Sequence record: NC_133255.1
DNA length: 64,000 bases
Strand: one strand, 5' to 3'
Source: Escherichia phage vB_EcoS-26175I
The notes under the pieces were generated by a model. The model was given only the letters and a program-made list of their open reading frames with translations, made no database searches and was not told the DNA's origin. The stretch's first letter is position 1, and each line of letters begins with the position of its first letter. The position numbers and the translations under genes were made by a program. Positions 28,543 through 35,827 of the stretch are shown in pieces.

Positions 28543-28551
28543 AAAATTTAT

Positions 28552-28815
28552 TTATTCTCTATACATATCGAGAACAGTTGCTACAATCTGAGCTTCTAGC
28601 CTAGCAATATCTTTATTCACTATATCAGATTCTACTACTAAGTGATTATATATTGCTTCAGTTTTAGCAAGATCTATATCAGATAGTTTATTAAGACTAT
28701 TATAATACTTAGCATTATTGCAACGTTTCTTCATATCGGAAACTCGTTTATGGAGGGTTCTTTGTTGATAACGTTGCGACATTAGTTTCTTAGCCATATC
28801 TTTAAGATCAAACAT
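28552..28815 (-). CDS. hypothetical protein
   Basis: 87-aa ORF. Confidence 0.45.
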   Translation of the reverse strand: MFDLKDMAKKLMSQRYQQRTLHKRVSDMKKRCNNAKYYNSLNKLSDIDLAKTEAIYNHLVVESDIVNKDIARLEAQIVATVLDMYRE

Positions 28816-29080
28816 AGATATTCCTTCTAGTTTACTAAGGCTATTAGCTCGGTGTGCGTATTACCCTCAGACATTAGCCAGTAGAGGATAACCGCTCTTC
28901 ACAAACCCGATACACTATTCAGTTGCCGCTGAATCTAGTGGACTAATCTAGAACTTATTGCAAAGTATCCCCTGCCATTAGGGGTCTAATTGCAATTGTG
29001 CTTTTTGGCAGCCAGTCCTAGGTCGAGCTAATACCTTAGTGAACTTTGATGAGGATTTCTCCTCATCAATTTATATAAAT

Positions 29081-29109
29081 ATTATAACAAGAAATTAAGC
29101 ATCAAGCAA
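29081..29109 (-). promoter_or_regulatory. early sigma70 promoter (TTGCTT / TATAAT)
   Basis: Same module; followed by about 265 bp without an ORF. Confidence 0.55.
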
Positions 29110-29461
29110 GTACATTTTTAGCGATTTCTTGTAGTTCCTTAACGTCGCTAACGAAAAGGTAATCAGAGCTTCCAGAGTGCATACTCTGCATAACCACACC
29201 ATCCTCTGGTGCATCTTCCTTCAAAGTAAGTCCTAACCAGAACTTGGCAAAACCAGGTGTTACCTCACCTTGACTTGCCTTGAACACATCGCCTTCTGTG
29301 ATCTCTTGACCAGTAGAGAGTCCCATGTATGGTACGTTCAGATCAATATCTTTGTAGAACTCAGCTAGATCTTGCTCGAAATCCCAACCTTTAGAGATAG
29401 CGAACTCCATTGTTACATGACCGAAATAGCCTTGAACCTTGCTTGATAATTGCATTTGCAA
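29102..29461 (-). CDS. hypothetical protein
   Basis: 119-aa ORF. Confidence 0.55.
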   Translation of the reverse strand: MQMQLSSKVQGYFGHVTMEFAISKGWDFEQDLAEFYKDIDLNVPYMGLSTGQEITEGDVFKASQGEVTPGFAKFWLGLTLKEDAPEDGVVMQSMHSGSSDYLFVSDVKELQEIAKNVLA

Positions 29462-29480
29462 TTCCTTATTTTGAGTTAAT

Positions 29481-29554
29481 TGGTACTCGGTGATAGAATC
29501 GAACTATCGCAACCGCCGTGTAAAGACGGGGTTCTCCCATTAAACTAACCGAGT
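29481..29554 (-). tRNA. tRNA-Val (anticodon UAC)
   Basis: Hand-folded: loop TTTACAC, T-arm GATAG-TTCGATT-CTATC. Confidence 0.55.
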
Positions 29555-29558
29555 AATT

Positions 29559-29635
29559 TGGTGGATTGCCTGGGATTCGAACCCAGAACTGACGGATTAA
29601 AGGTCCGCTACTCTTATCCAGTTGAGCTAGCAATC
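29559..29635 (-). tRNA. tRNA-Lys (anticodon UUU), loop CCTTTAA with C at position 33
   Basis: Aligns arm by arm with E. coli tRNA-Lys except C33 in place of U33. Confidence 0.6.
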
Positions 29636-30100
29636 CAATTTTTCTACTAATAATTTAAAAGCATCTAGTACAGGTACTTCAAACCATTCTCCAGATACTC
29701 TATAATCTTTAAGAAGATTATGTAATTCTTTCTCTGTACGTCTTTTATCAGACGAAAATCTGAAATGGTATAGCTTGTAGTCTCTATTAGGTGAATAAGT
29801 TTGATAACTTGCTAACCTCTCATTCACATCTATAGTCATACCTATTTTATACATGCCTGGCCATGCTGGATTACCAATTACATATACAAAACCTTCCGTT
29901 ATAGGTATTTTATGCTCCCTTTTATACTTTAAGAGATTTAAGGCTGCCATTCGATAACAGAATCTAAACTCTGAAGTTTTTAACTTACCTTCTTTACCCG
30001 AAATTTCGTTATATTTGCTCATATAAGCTCTTATGAGCTTATCATCTATAATGAAGTTATCAGGAAGGTTTAAGGCAGCTAAAACTTTATTAATTAGCAT
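29627..30100 (-). CDS. T5orf172-domain protein (GIY-YIG-like putative homing endonuclease)
   Basis: GFVYVIGNPAWPGMYKIGMT...RL motif typical of the T5orf172 / MUG113 family. Confidence 0.6.
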   Translation of the reverse strand: MLINKVLAALNLPDNFIIDDKLIRAYMSKYNEISGKEGKLKTSEFRFCYRMAALNLLKYKREHKIPITEGFVYVIGNPAWPGMYKIGMTIDVNERLASYQTYSPNRDYKLYHFRFSSDKRRTEKELHNLLKDYRVSGEWFEVPVLDAFKLLVEKLDC

Positions 30101-30277
30101 AGACTTCCTTAATAGAATAAACTTTTAAGTAAGGGTGATTAATACCAAATTCCGCCATCACTTCGTTTTCATCTTTACCGTAATGGGCTAGTGGATACTT
30201 CTTACGATCTTTGCTAGAACGTAGATCACTTACTTTTAAACGAAATAATTTCATTTCGAAATCCTTCTATTAAATTG

Positions 30278-30354
30278 GAAGCGGGTGCAGGAATCGAACC
30301 TACCTCTTTCTAGCTTATGAGACTAGCGATCTCTACCAGAGATCTAACCCGCAA
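30278..30354 (-). tRNA. tRNA-Met/Ile2 (anticodon CAU)
   Basis: Hand-folded: loop CTCATAA; 1:72 mismatch. Confidence 0.45.
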
Positions 30355-30359
30355 TTGTT

Positions 30360-30437
30360 TGGTCTCCGTGGGAGGATTTGAACCCCCGACCCTACCGCCC
30401 CAAACGGAACGCTCTGGCCAAACTGAGCTACACGGAG
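30360..30437 (-). tRNA. tRNA-Pro (anticodon UGG)
   Basis: Hand-folded: loop TTTGGGG, acceptor CTCCGTG/CACGGAG. Confidence 0.55.
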
Positions 30438-30469
30438 AATATTCTTTGTTAACTCACTTTATAAAATAT

Positions 30470-30498
30470 ATTATACAGATATTTAAGCATAATAGCAA
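30470..30498 (-). promoter_or_regulatory. early sigma70 promoter (TTGCTA / TATAAT) driving a tRNA operon
   Basis: Same module, directly upstream of tRNA genes. Confidence 0.55.
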
Positions 30499-30744
30499 AT
30501 GAGTTTTTAATAAATTTACTTATTGCGTAGGCCACCTCACGCTTCAAACGCTCTGCTGACAAAGAAGTTTGCGAGACTTCTCTTAAATGCCAGAATAGAC
30601 CCGCCGATCTATCGGAACCTACTCAATAAGTAAACTTTCGTTTACCTACACCTACCTGGTCGGGAGGATTTTCAGCGACTAGAACCGGCCGGAAACTCAT
30701 CGCCTTGTTTATCTAGGAGTCCGTTCTCTAGGAAGCAGAAACCT

Positions 30745-30818
30745 AAATTTGGTGCGGTCGGAGGGAATCGAACCCTCAACTTCTGGTTGGCAACCAAAAA
30801 TTATACCTTTTAACTACG
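30745..30818 (-). tRNA. tRNA-Gly (anticodon GCC)
   Basis: Hand-folded: loop TTGCCAA, T-arm GAGGG-TTCGATT-CCCTC. Confidence 0.55.
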
Positions 30819-30825
30819 AACGCAT

Positions 30826-30955
30826 AATAAGTCAATCTAGGCAGGACTTGAACCTGCTATCACTTGTGCGGATTTACGAGAACCATTCTTTCACTCGAAT
30901 CGAACGAGCTTCTACCCTCGGCAAGCTGGTGTCCCCTCTCCACCACGCTAGAATG
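30826..30955 (-). ncRNA. two tRNA-like T-arm elements without complete cloverleaves (pseudo-tRNAs or small RNAs)
   Basis: GCAGG-ACTTGAA-CCTGC at 30836-30852 and ACTCG-AATCGAA-CGAGC at 30888-30904; no matching acceptor stems. Confidence 0.25.
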
Positions 30956-30956
30956 T

Positions 30957-31034
30957 TTAATTGGTACACCTGCTGAGATTCAAACTCAGGATCTTCCGAT
31001 TAAGAGTCGGTTGCTTTAAGTCAACTAAGCTACA
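30957..31034 (-). tRNA. tRNA with loop CTCTTAA (anticodon CUU, Lys)
   Basis: Hand-folded: D-stem GCTT/AAGC, T-arm CTGAG-TTTGAAT-CTCAG. Confidence 0.45.
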
Positions 31035-31579
31035 GATGCATTTATATCTTTATAGGACTTACCAGCCAGTCTTGTATAGCGTTTTCGCAAACCATTATCT
31101 GACATGCCCAATTCTCTAGAAGCTCTAGACCATGAGTAATTTTTAACCCAGTACTCTATTTGTTCTACAGTAATTTCTTGTGGATTTTGACAGTGCTGTT
31201 TGCAGTAACTAGCTCTTTTAGCTATTTCTTTGTTGCAAATAGGACAGAAATTTTTATCTGAACTTAATCCACGTTCTTCTATAGTTTTGAGAATATGATC
31301 AGCTTTACTTCGTACAATCAGATTTTCAAGAGAGAAATTTAGTTTATTTGTATCATCATGATCTACTTCTAAGTCAGAACTCAAAGATGGTAGATCTTTG
31401 TATACTCTCGCTAATACTCTGTGTAATAGAAGATGTTTTGATTTTCCATTATGTTGAACAGTAAAGAAAGGATACCCAGAAGTATTAATCTGTATTGAAA
31501 GTATACGATTAACTTTAGTACTAAATACTTCCCCAGTCTCACTTATTAAGTATTCTGGATATTCGGGTATTTCTTTCAT
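31025..31579 (-). CDS. HNH homing endonuclease
   Basis: HRVLARVY...EVDHDDTNKLNFSLENL HNH core; 184 aa; inserted among tRNA genes. Confidence 0.7.
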   Translation of the reverse strand: MKEIPEYPEYLISETGEVFSTKVNRILSIQINTSGYPFFTVQHNGKSKHLLLHRVLARVYKDLPSLSSDLEVDHDDTNKLNFSLENLIVRSKADHILKTIEERGLSSDKNFCPICNKEIAKRASYCKQHCQNPQEITVEQIEYWVKNYSWSRASRELGMSDNGLRKRYTRLAGKSYKDINASVA

Positions 31580-31595
31580 TACTGTTCCTTATAAT

Positions 31596-31672
31596 TTGGC
31601 GCGACCGATGGGATTCGAACCCACATTCTCTCCCGTGACAGGGGAGTACCATTACCAAGCCAGCCCCGATCG
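31596..31672 (-). tRNA. tRNA-Asp (anticodon GUC)
   Basis: Hand-folded: perfect anticodon stem CTCCC/GGGAG, loop CTGTCAC. Confidence 0.6.
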
Positions 31673-31682
31673 CATAATTTGT

Positions 31683-31868
31683 TTACTCAGCTTTGAGTTT
31701 TTCGATAGCTTCCTCAACCTCTTTTAGAGCTTCACGACGCTCTACTTGACCTTGAAGTTCTTCAAGAAGTTCAGCTTTCAGAGCCTTAATAATATTACCA
31801 CGAACCTTAATATTATTAATCAGATTATCACGATCAGCTTCTAGTCGAGCAATTGCACGAGTTGTCAT
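31683..31868 (-). CDS. small coiled-coil protein
   Basis: 61-aa ORF. Confidence 0.4.
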   Translation of the reverse strand: MTTRAIARLEADRDNLINNIKVRGNIIKALKAELLEELQGQVERREALKEVEEAIEKLKAE

Positions 31869-31895
31869 ATCTATTTCCTCAGTTGTTAGTGAAAT

Positions 31896-31981
31896 TGGCG
31901 GGCCGTGTAGGAGTTGAACCTACTTTATCCTTGCGGATACGGATTAACAGTCCGGCGCTTAAACCGTTCAGCCAACGGCCC
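31896..31981 (-). tRNA. class II (long variable arm, Tyr-like body) tRNA with anticodon loop CTGTTAA (GUU)
   Basis: 86 nt; acceptor GGGCCGT/ACGGCCC; 3-bp D-stem; loop differs from the Tyr loop CTGTAAA at one position. Confidence 0.4.
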
Positions 31982-31988
31982 TAAAATT

Positions 31989-32064
31989 TGGACGACCGCA
32001 TGAGATTCGAACTCACATAAGGAGGTTTTGCAGGCCTCCGCCTAAGCCATTCAGCCAACGGTCG
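31989..32064 (-). tRNA. tRNA-Cys (anticodon GCA), discriminator U
   Basis: Hand-folded: loop CTGCAAA. Confidence 0.55.
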
Positions 32065-32242
32065 ATTTATCTTGTTTTTCGAGATTAGTAAATTCTAAGT
32101 CTTTGGAATGCCCTATAGATCTAGCATAATAACCATCTCCAGCATCGTAGCCTGATTTACCACACTCACACATCTTAAACTCCCGATAACGAGTGAATAT
32201 ATGCTCAGAACCACAACACTTAAATTTAACTAACATTTTCAT
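32051..32242 (-). CDS. small Cys-rich protein
   Basis: 63-aa ORF; its 3' end overlaps the tRNA-Cys call. Confidence 0.35.
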   Translation of the reverse strand: MKMLVKFKCCGSEHIFTRYREFKMCECGKSGYDAGDGYYARSIGHSKDLEFTNLEKQDKSTVG

Positions 32243-32481
32243 GAAACACGCTCCGGTAGATCTTCTAATTTATACTCAGTAGCTACATTAGTAGCGTCTA
32301 GTAATAAACCCATATGTTTAAGGATTTTAGTAATAGATTCGCCTTCAGCTTCTTCTACAAAAGTGCGTAGTTGAATGAAGTCAATACCACCATCCATACC
32401 AGAGAAAATGTTTAGTAAGCGAAGCATTACCAGCTTACGTTCTTTTAATTCTTGTTCTGTCATGTTGCTTCTCCAGTTCAA
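32239..32481 (-). CDS. hypothetical protein
   Basis: 80-aa ORF. Confidence 0.45.
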   Translation of the reverse strand: MNWRSNMTEQELKERKLVMLRLLNIFSGMDGGIDFIQLRTFVEEAEGESITKILKHMGLLLDATNVATEYKLEDLPERVS

Positions 32482-32493
32482 TTTATGTAATAA

Positions 32494-32521
32494 TTATACA
32501 GAACTTTAAGGATTTAAGCAA
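32494..32521 (-). promoter_or_regulatory. early sigma70 promoter (TTGCTT / TATAAT)
   Basis: Same module. Confidence 0.5.
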
Positions 32522-32801
32522 CTACATTTTTCAGAAATTTGATGCCTTTCTTTTTCTTCTTATATTTCCACGTTAACGGGTTCTGTCGATTATGAACGCT
32601 TGAGATCTTTGTCTCGTCAAAGTTCTTCAATACCATGTAATCACATGCCAACTGCTCTAGTGGAATGGTTTCTCCATCAAAAGCATAAACATAAGGCTGT
32701 TGACTAGCACGATAATGATAGACTTTGTTAATTCTACATTTCAGCGACTTATCCGCGCAGTAAATAAAGAAGTTTTCAGGATGCATCAGCATCTCCTTCA
32801 A
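32514..32801 (-). CDS. hypothetical protein
   Basis: 95-aa ORF. Confidence 0.45.
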   Translation of the reverse strand: MKEMLMHPENFFIYCADKSLKCRINKVYHYRASQQPYVYAFDGETIPLEQLACDYMVLKNFDETKISSVHNRQNPLTWKYKKKKKGIKFLKNVVA

Positions 32802-32803
32802 AT

Positions 32804-32878
32804 TGGTGCACCCTGTTCGTATCGAACGAACCTCTCAAGCTCTTCAGGCAAGCGCTAATCCATCTCAGCTAAAGGTGC
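32804..32878 (-). tRNA. tRNA, possibly Phe (anticodon GAA) with a weak anticodon stem
   Basis: T-arm GTTCG-TTCGATA-CGAAC, acceptor GCACCTT/AGGGTGC; loop CTGAAGA. Confidence 0.35.
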
Positions 32879-32884
32879 AAATAT

Positions 32885-32962
32885 TGGCAAACCTACTAGG
32901 ACTCGAACCTAGACCGTACGGTTTTGGAGACCGACATGCTGTCCAGTAACACTCTAGGAATG
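32885..32962 (-). tRNA. tRNA-Trp (anticodon CCA), acceptor stem imperfect
   Basis: Anticodon arm CGGT-CTCCAAA-ACCG, T-arm CTAGG-TTCGAGT-CCTAG. Confidence 0.4.
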
Positions 32963-32969
32963 CAGAAAT

Positions 32970-33046
32970 TGGCGTCCTGTGCGGGGATCGAACCCGCAAA
33001 TCCTACCTTGAAAGGGTAGTGACTTTACCAGTTTGTCTAACAGGAC
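32970..33046 (-). tRNA. tRNA-Glu (anticodon UUC)
   Basis: Perfect acceptor GTCCTGT/ACAGGAC; anticodon stem CTACC/GGTAG, loop CTTTCAA. Confidence 0.65.
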
Positions 33047-33053
33047 TTAAATT

Positions 33054-33134
33054 TGGTGGGGGATGGAGGACTCGAACCTCCGCGTGGTATACCCGGTCTA
33101 CAGCCAGGCGCCGTCGCCACTGAGCCAATCCCCC
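33054..33134 (-). tRNA. tRNA-Tyr (anticodon GUA)
   Basis: Acceptor GGGGGAT/ATCCCCC; anticodon arm CCTGG-CTGTAGA-CCGGG; 81 nt. Confidence 0.5.
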
Positions 33135-33260
33135 CCTATTTGAATGAAAAGTAAGTCGGTTAAACTCAAGGTGGAATATTTCAGGATTTCCTGACTTTAC
33201 CCCTAAAAGTCAACTCGCTTAATTACTTCTCATTCAGATATGTTTCCAAATTAGATAACT

Positions 33261-33289
33261 ATTATATCAAGTTTTATGGCACTGAGCAA
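33261..33289 (-). promoter_or_regulatory. early sigma70 promoter (TTGCTC / TATAAT) upstream of a tRNA operon
   Basis: Same module; -35 lies inside a 12-bp perfect inverted repeat. Confidence 0.5.
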
Positions 33290-33318
33290 GTCAAATTTTA
33301 AAGAACTTGCTCAGTGCT
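33278..33318. promoter_or_regulatory. 12-bp perfect inverted repeat GCACTGAGCAAG...CTTGCTCAGTGC overlapping the promoter -35 (candidate operator)
   Basis: Read from sequence; 17-nt spacer; no T-run, so not a typical terminator. Confidence 0.4.
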
Positions 33319-33325
33319 GTATTAG

Positions 33326-33601
33326 TTAGTCGAACTTAGGAGTGACAGTTAAGGAGAACGGAAGTTCAAAAACTTCTTCACCCTCATCACTAACAGTGAT
33401 TACACGACCTTTAAGTTCAGACATTGAAATATCAATATCAGCTTTTGCATCTGGAGCCATGCCAGCTTCAACACATTTAGCTTTAATTTCCGGCAGAAGT
33501 TCTACATCATAGAAATAAAGCCATTCAATCTCACCTTCCCAGCCTTCCCAGGATTTACAGATTGCACTTTCAATACCAGTTGTTATAACACGATTTTGCA
33601 T
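33326..33601 (-). CDS. hypothetical protein
   Basis: 91-aa ORF. Confidence 0.5.
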   Translation of the reverse strand: MQNRVITTGIESAICKSWEGWEGEIEWLYFYDVELLPEIKAKCVEAGMAPDAKADIDISMSELKGRVITVSDEGEEVFELPFSLTVTPKFD

Positions 33602-33631
33602 TCGTTAACTCCTTCATCAATTTATATAACT

Positions 33632-33661
33632 ATTATACCAGAAATTTAAAGCAAAAGGCAA
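33632..33661 (-). promoter_or_regulatory. early sigma70 promoter
   Basis: Same module; -35 TTGCCT-like. Confidence 0.45.
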
Positions 33662-33691
33662 GTACATTTTTAAAAATTCTGTTTGGAGGAG

Positions 33692-33898
33692 CTAAACTCC
33701 AGATTCTTCAGCCAGATCAAGCCCAACCAATGTGATTGCCATAATAGCCGCGCCATGTTCTTTCTCTCCTAGCTCTTTGGCTTGAGTGAGAATATTTAGG
33801 AACTGCTTGTGGAAATCTTCCACTTCTTCTGTCATGCCTGCTTCAGAAATAATACCTTTCAGCATAAAGCGCTGTGCAGTAATTTCAGGATTAGCCAT
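33692..33898 (-). CDS. hypothetical protein
   Basis: 68-aa ORF. Confidence 0.4.
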   Translation of the reverse strand: MANPEITAQRFMLKGIISEAGMTEEVEDFHKQFLNILTQAKELGEKEHGAAIMAITLVGLDLAEESGV

Positions 33899-34049
33899 TT
33901 ATTATCTCCAGTTATTTAGAATGTAAGCCAAACTTAGGATCATAGCGATCATAAGTCGTACCATTAGTTGAAGTCTTGATGCTATGAAAACGACAGTACA
34001 TAAATTTACGTAGTGCTTTCTTAATAGCTTTCATTTTATTTCCTTAATT

Positions 34050-34126
34050 TGGTAGGGGTGGTGGGATTCGAACCCACAAAACCTGAATTTTAAGTCCAGT
34101 ACCTATGCCAATTCGATTACACCCCC
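34050..34126 (-). tRNA. class I tRNA with anticodon loop CTTAAAA (UAA, Leu-type anticodon on a short-variable-arm body)
   Basis: Acceptor GGGGGTG/CACCCCT, T-arm GTGGG-TTCGAAT-CCCAC, anticodon stem CTGGA/TTCAG. Confidence 0.4.
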
Positions 34127-34135
34127 ATGTAATCT

Positions 34136-34483
34136 TTAGAGTTCGTAACCCTGAATATATCGAGCAAAACCAGTAATCTCGAACTGAATTGCCCATGCTA
34201 CTTCCATATGCTCAATCTTACTAAAATGAGCGTCAGACTGTTCTAGGAAATAACGAGAGATTATAGGGAACTCAATGTCAAAATCTTCCTTATCCATACC
34301 ATAGAAGAAGTTTCCAGAAATATTACGAACTTCACGAAAGAAATCCTCAATCTGAAAATCCATCAGAGGATAAGTATATTCCTCTTTGCTATCATCCGTT
34401 TGGAAGAAGCGGAAATGCACAAGGCAAGAGCCAATCAGATTTACTGCTGGAGTAGTGTAAATATCCATGTTAACCTCGATCAA
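34136..34483 (-). CDS. hypothetical protein
   Basis: 115-aa ORF. Confidence 0.5.
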   Translation of the reverse strand: MIEVNMDIYTTPAVNLIGSCLVHFRFFQTDDSKEEYTYPLMDFQIEDFFREVRNISGNFFYGMDKEDFDIEFPIISRYFLEQSDAHFSKIEHMEVAWAIQFEITGFARYIQGYEL

Positions 34484-34655
34484 TATCTAGAGAAATTCCA
34501 AATTCTGGATTAATACCAGAACCATTACATGCTGCGCATTCCCACTCTTCAAAACGCATATCGCCAGGTTCAGCATCATTAATAGTACCTGTTCCATGGC
34601 AGTGAGTACACATGCACTCTTCTAGTTCTTGTTTAAGCTCTTGAAACTTAGACAT
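34470..34655 (-). CDS. small zinc-finger protein (CxxCxGxG repeats, DnaJ-like)
   Basis: CTHCHGTG and CAACNGSG motifs; 61 aa. Confidence 0.5.
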   Translation of the reverse strand: MSKFQELKQELEECMCTHCHGTGTINDAEPGDMRFEEWECAACNGSGINPEFGISLDIDRG

Positions 34656-34672
34656 ATAGTCTCCTAGTTAAT

Positions 34673-34750
34673 TGGTGGCTCCCGGAGGATTCGAACCTAC
34701 CTACCTTTCGCTTATGAGGCGACGGCTCATACCAAATGAGCTTGAGAACC
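34673..34750 (-). tRNA. tRNA-Met/Ile2 (anticodon CAU)
   Basis: D-stem GCTC/GAGC, loop CTCATAA, T-arm GTAGG-TTCGAAT-CCTCC. Confidence 0.5.
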
Positions 34751-34755
34751 AAATT

Positions 34756-34844
34756 TGGAGGAAGAAGTGGGAATCGAACCCACAAGGCTATGTTTCAAAC
34801 CGACAGATTAGCAATCTGCTGCAATACCGTTATGCTATTCTTCC
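34756..34844 (-). tRNA. tRNA-Ser (anticodon GCU), class II
   Basis: 89 nt; perfect acceptor GGAAGAA/TTCTTCC; loop TTGCTAA; long variable arm. Confidence 0.55.
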
Positions 34845-35354
34845 TTAATTATTTCGGGCATATTCCCCATGAAGTTTCTCTCTCAGTTGAATTAGAGCTT
34901 CATTTGCTGCTTCAGGAGTACTGTGCAGCCCTGCGGAGTATGACTTACCTTTAAACATTATTCTATCCTGCCACTGACCAGATGCTTTGTGGTAGGATAC
35001 TCCCTTAAATCCGCTAGTATTCCTAGAAGATTTACTAGCATTATGAGTATTAGTGGTACTATCCGCTGCTCTTAAATTTAAAGGATGTATGTTTAACTTA
35101 TTGCAGTCTTTATGATCAATCATTTCCGGCCTATACCCATAATATAGTATAAATACTATGATATGAGCTAAGTAATCTTGGTGATCAACGTTAACTCTGA
35201 TATACCCAGAGCTTTTGTGCAAAGATCCCGCAGGTTTATTGGCAAACTTAGTATTAAATATCTTCTCCTCTCTGGAGTTTCCGGAGAGCGGATTCCACAC
35301 CAGTACACCATCTTCTAAACGGAATCTATAAAGTATAGACTCATAGTCTAGCAT
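34845..35354 (-). CDS. HNH-AP2 homing endonuclease
   Basis: HNH core IDHKDCNKLNIHPLNLR plus AP2-type DNA-binding segment GVSYHKASGQWQ; 169 aa. Confidence 0.7.
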   Translation of the reverse strand: MLDYESILYRFRLEDGVLVWNPLSGNSREEKIFNTKFANKPAGSLHKSSGYIRVNVDHQDYLAHIIVFILYYGYRPEMIDHKDCNKLNIHPLNLRAADSTTNTHNASKSSRNTSGFKGVSYHKASGQWQDRIMFKGKSYSAGLHSTPEAANEALIQLREKLHGEYARNN

Positions 35355-35387
35355 AAATAGTTCCTAATCTTACAAATTTATGAATAT

Positions 35388-35416
35388 ATTATACAGAAAA
35401 TTTCGGCATTAAGCAA
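35388..35416 (-). promoter_or_regulatory. early sigma70 promoter (TTGCTT / TATAAT)
   Basis: Same module. Confidence 0.55.
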
Positions 35417-35424
35417 GTGAAATT

Positions 35425-35739
35425 TTACTGAACATTGCACTGATATACCTGTTTGATACGTGTCACTGACTTCTTAGTTGGGTTGATAGAAGAACCCTGC
35501 CACCAACGTGATTCTGAGCTGAGAACAGCACCAGGAACAGCTTGTTCTTTTGGCAGAACAATATCAAAACACTGTTCACCCATATTATCTTTAATGTGCG
35601 ACCAAATGTCTAGAGTAAATCGTTCTAGCTTATTACAAACTTGAACTTGACAAAGTTCCTGTTGTGGAGCAGCAAATACAGAAGTAGATACTAGAGTCAA
35701 TGCAAGTACAATGCGTTTCATATTTGATTCCTCTCTCAA
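35425..35739 (-). CDS. secreted Cys-containing protein (signal peptide)
   Basis: 104-aa ORF with N-terminal signal sequence. Confidence 0.5.
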   Translation of the reverse strand: MREESNMKRIVLALTLVSTSVFAAPQQELCQVQVCNKLERFTLDIWSHIKDNMGEQCFDIVLPKEQAVPGAVLSSESRWWQGSSINPTKKSVTRIKQVYQCNVQ

Positions 35740-35751
35740 ATTTATAAATAT

Positions 35752-35780
35752 ATTATACAGAAATTTTCTATATTAAGCAA
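35752..35780 (-). promoter_or_regulatory. early sigma70 promoter (TTGCTT / TATAAT)
   Basis: Same module. Confidence 0.55.
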
Positions 35781-35793
35781 GTGAAAATTTCTG

Positions 35794-35820
35794 TATAATA
35801 GCCCTCGCTTAGAGGGCTAT
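35794..35820 (-). terminator. hairpin TAGCCCTC..GAGGGCTA within a conserved TATAATAGCC-hairpin element
   Basis: Just downstream of the pnuC stop; the same element recurs at 47315-47336. Confidence 0.4.
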
Positions 35821-35827
35821 AGCTACT

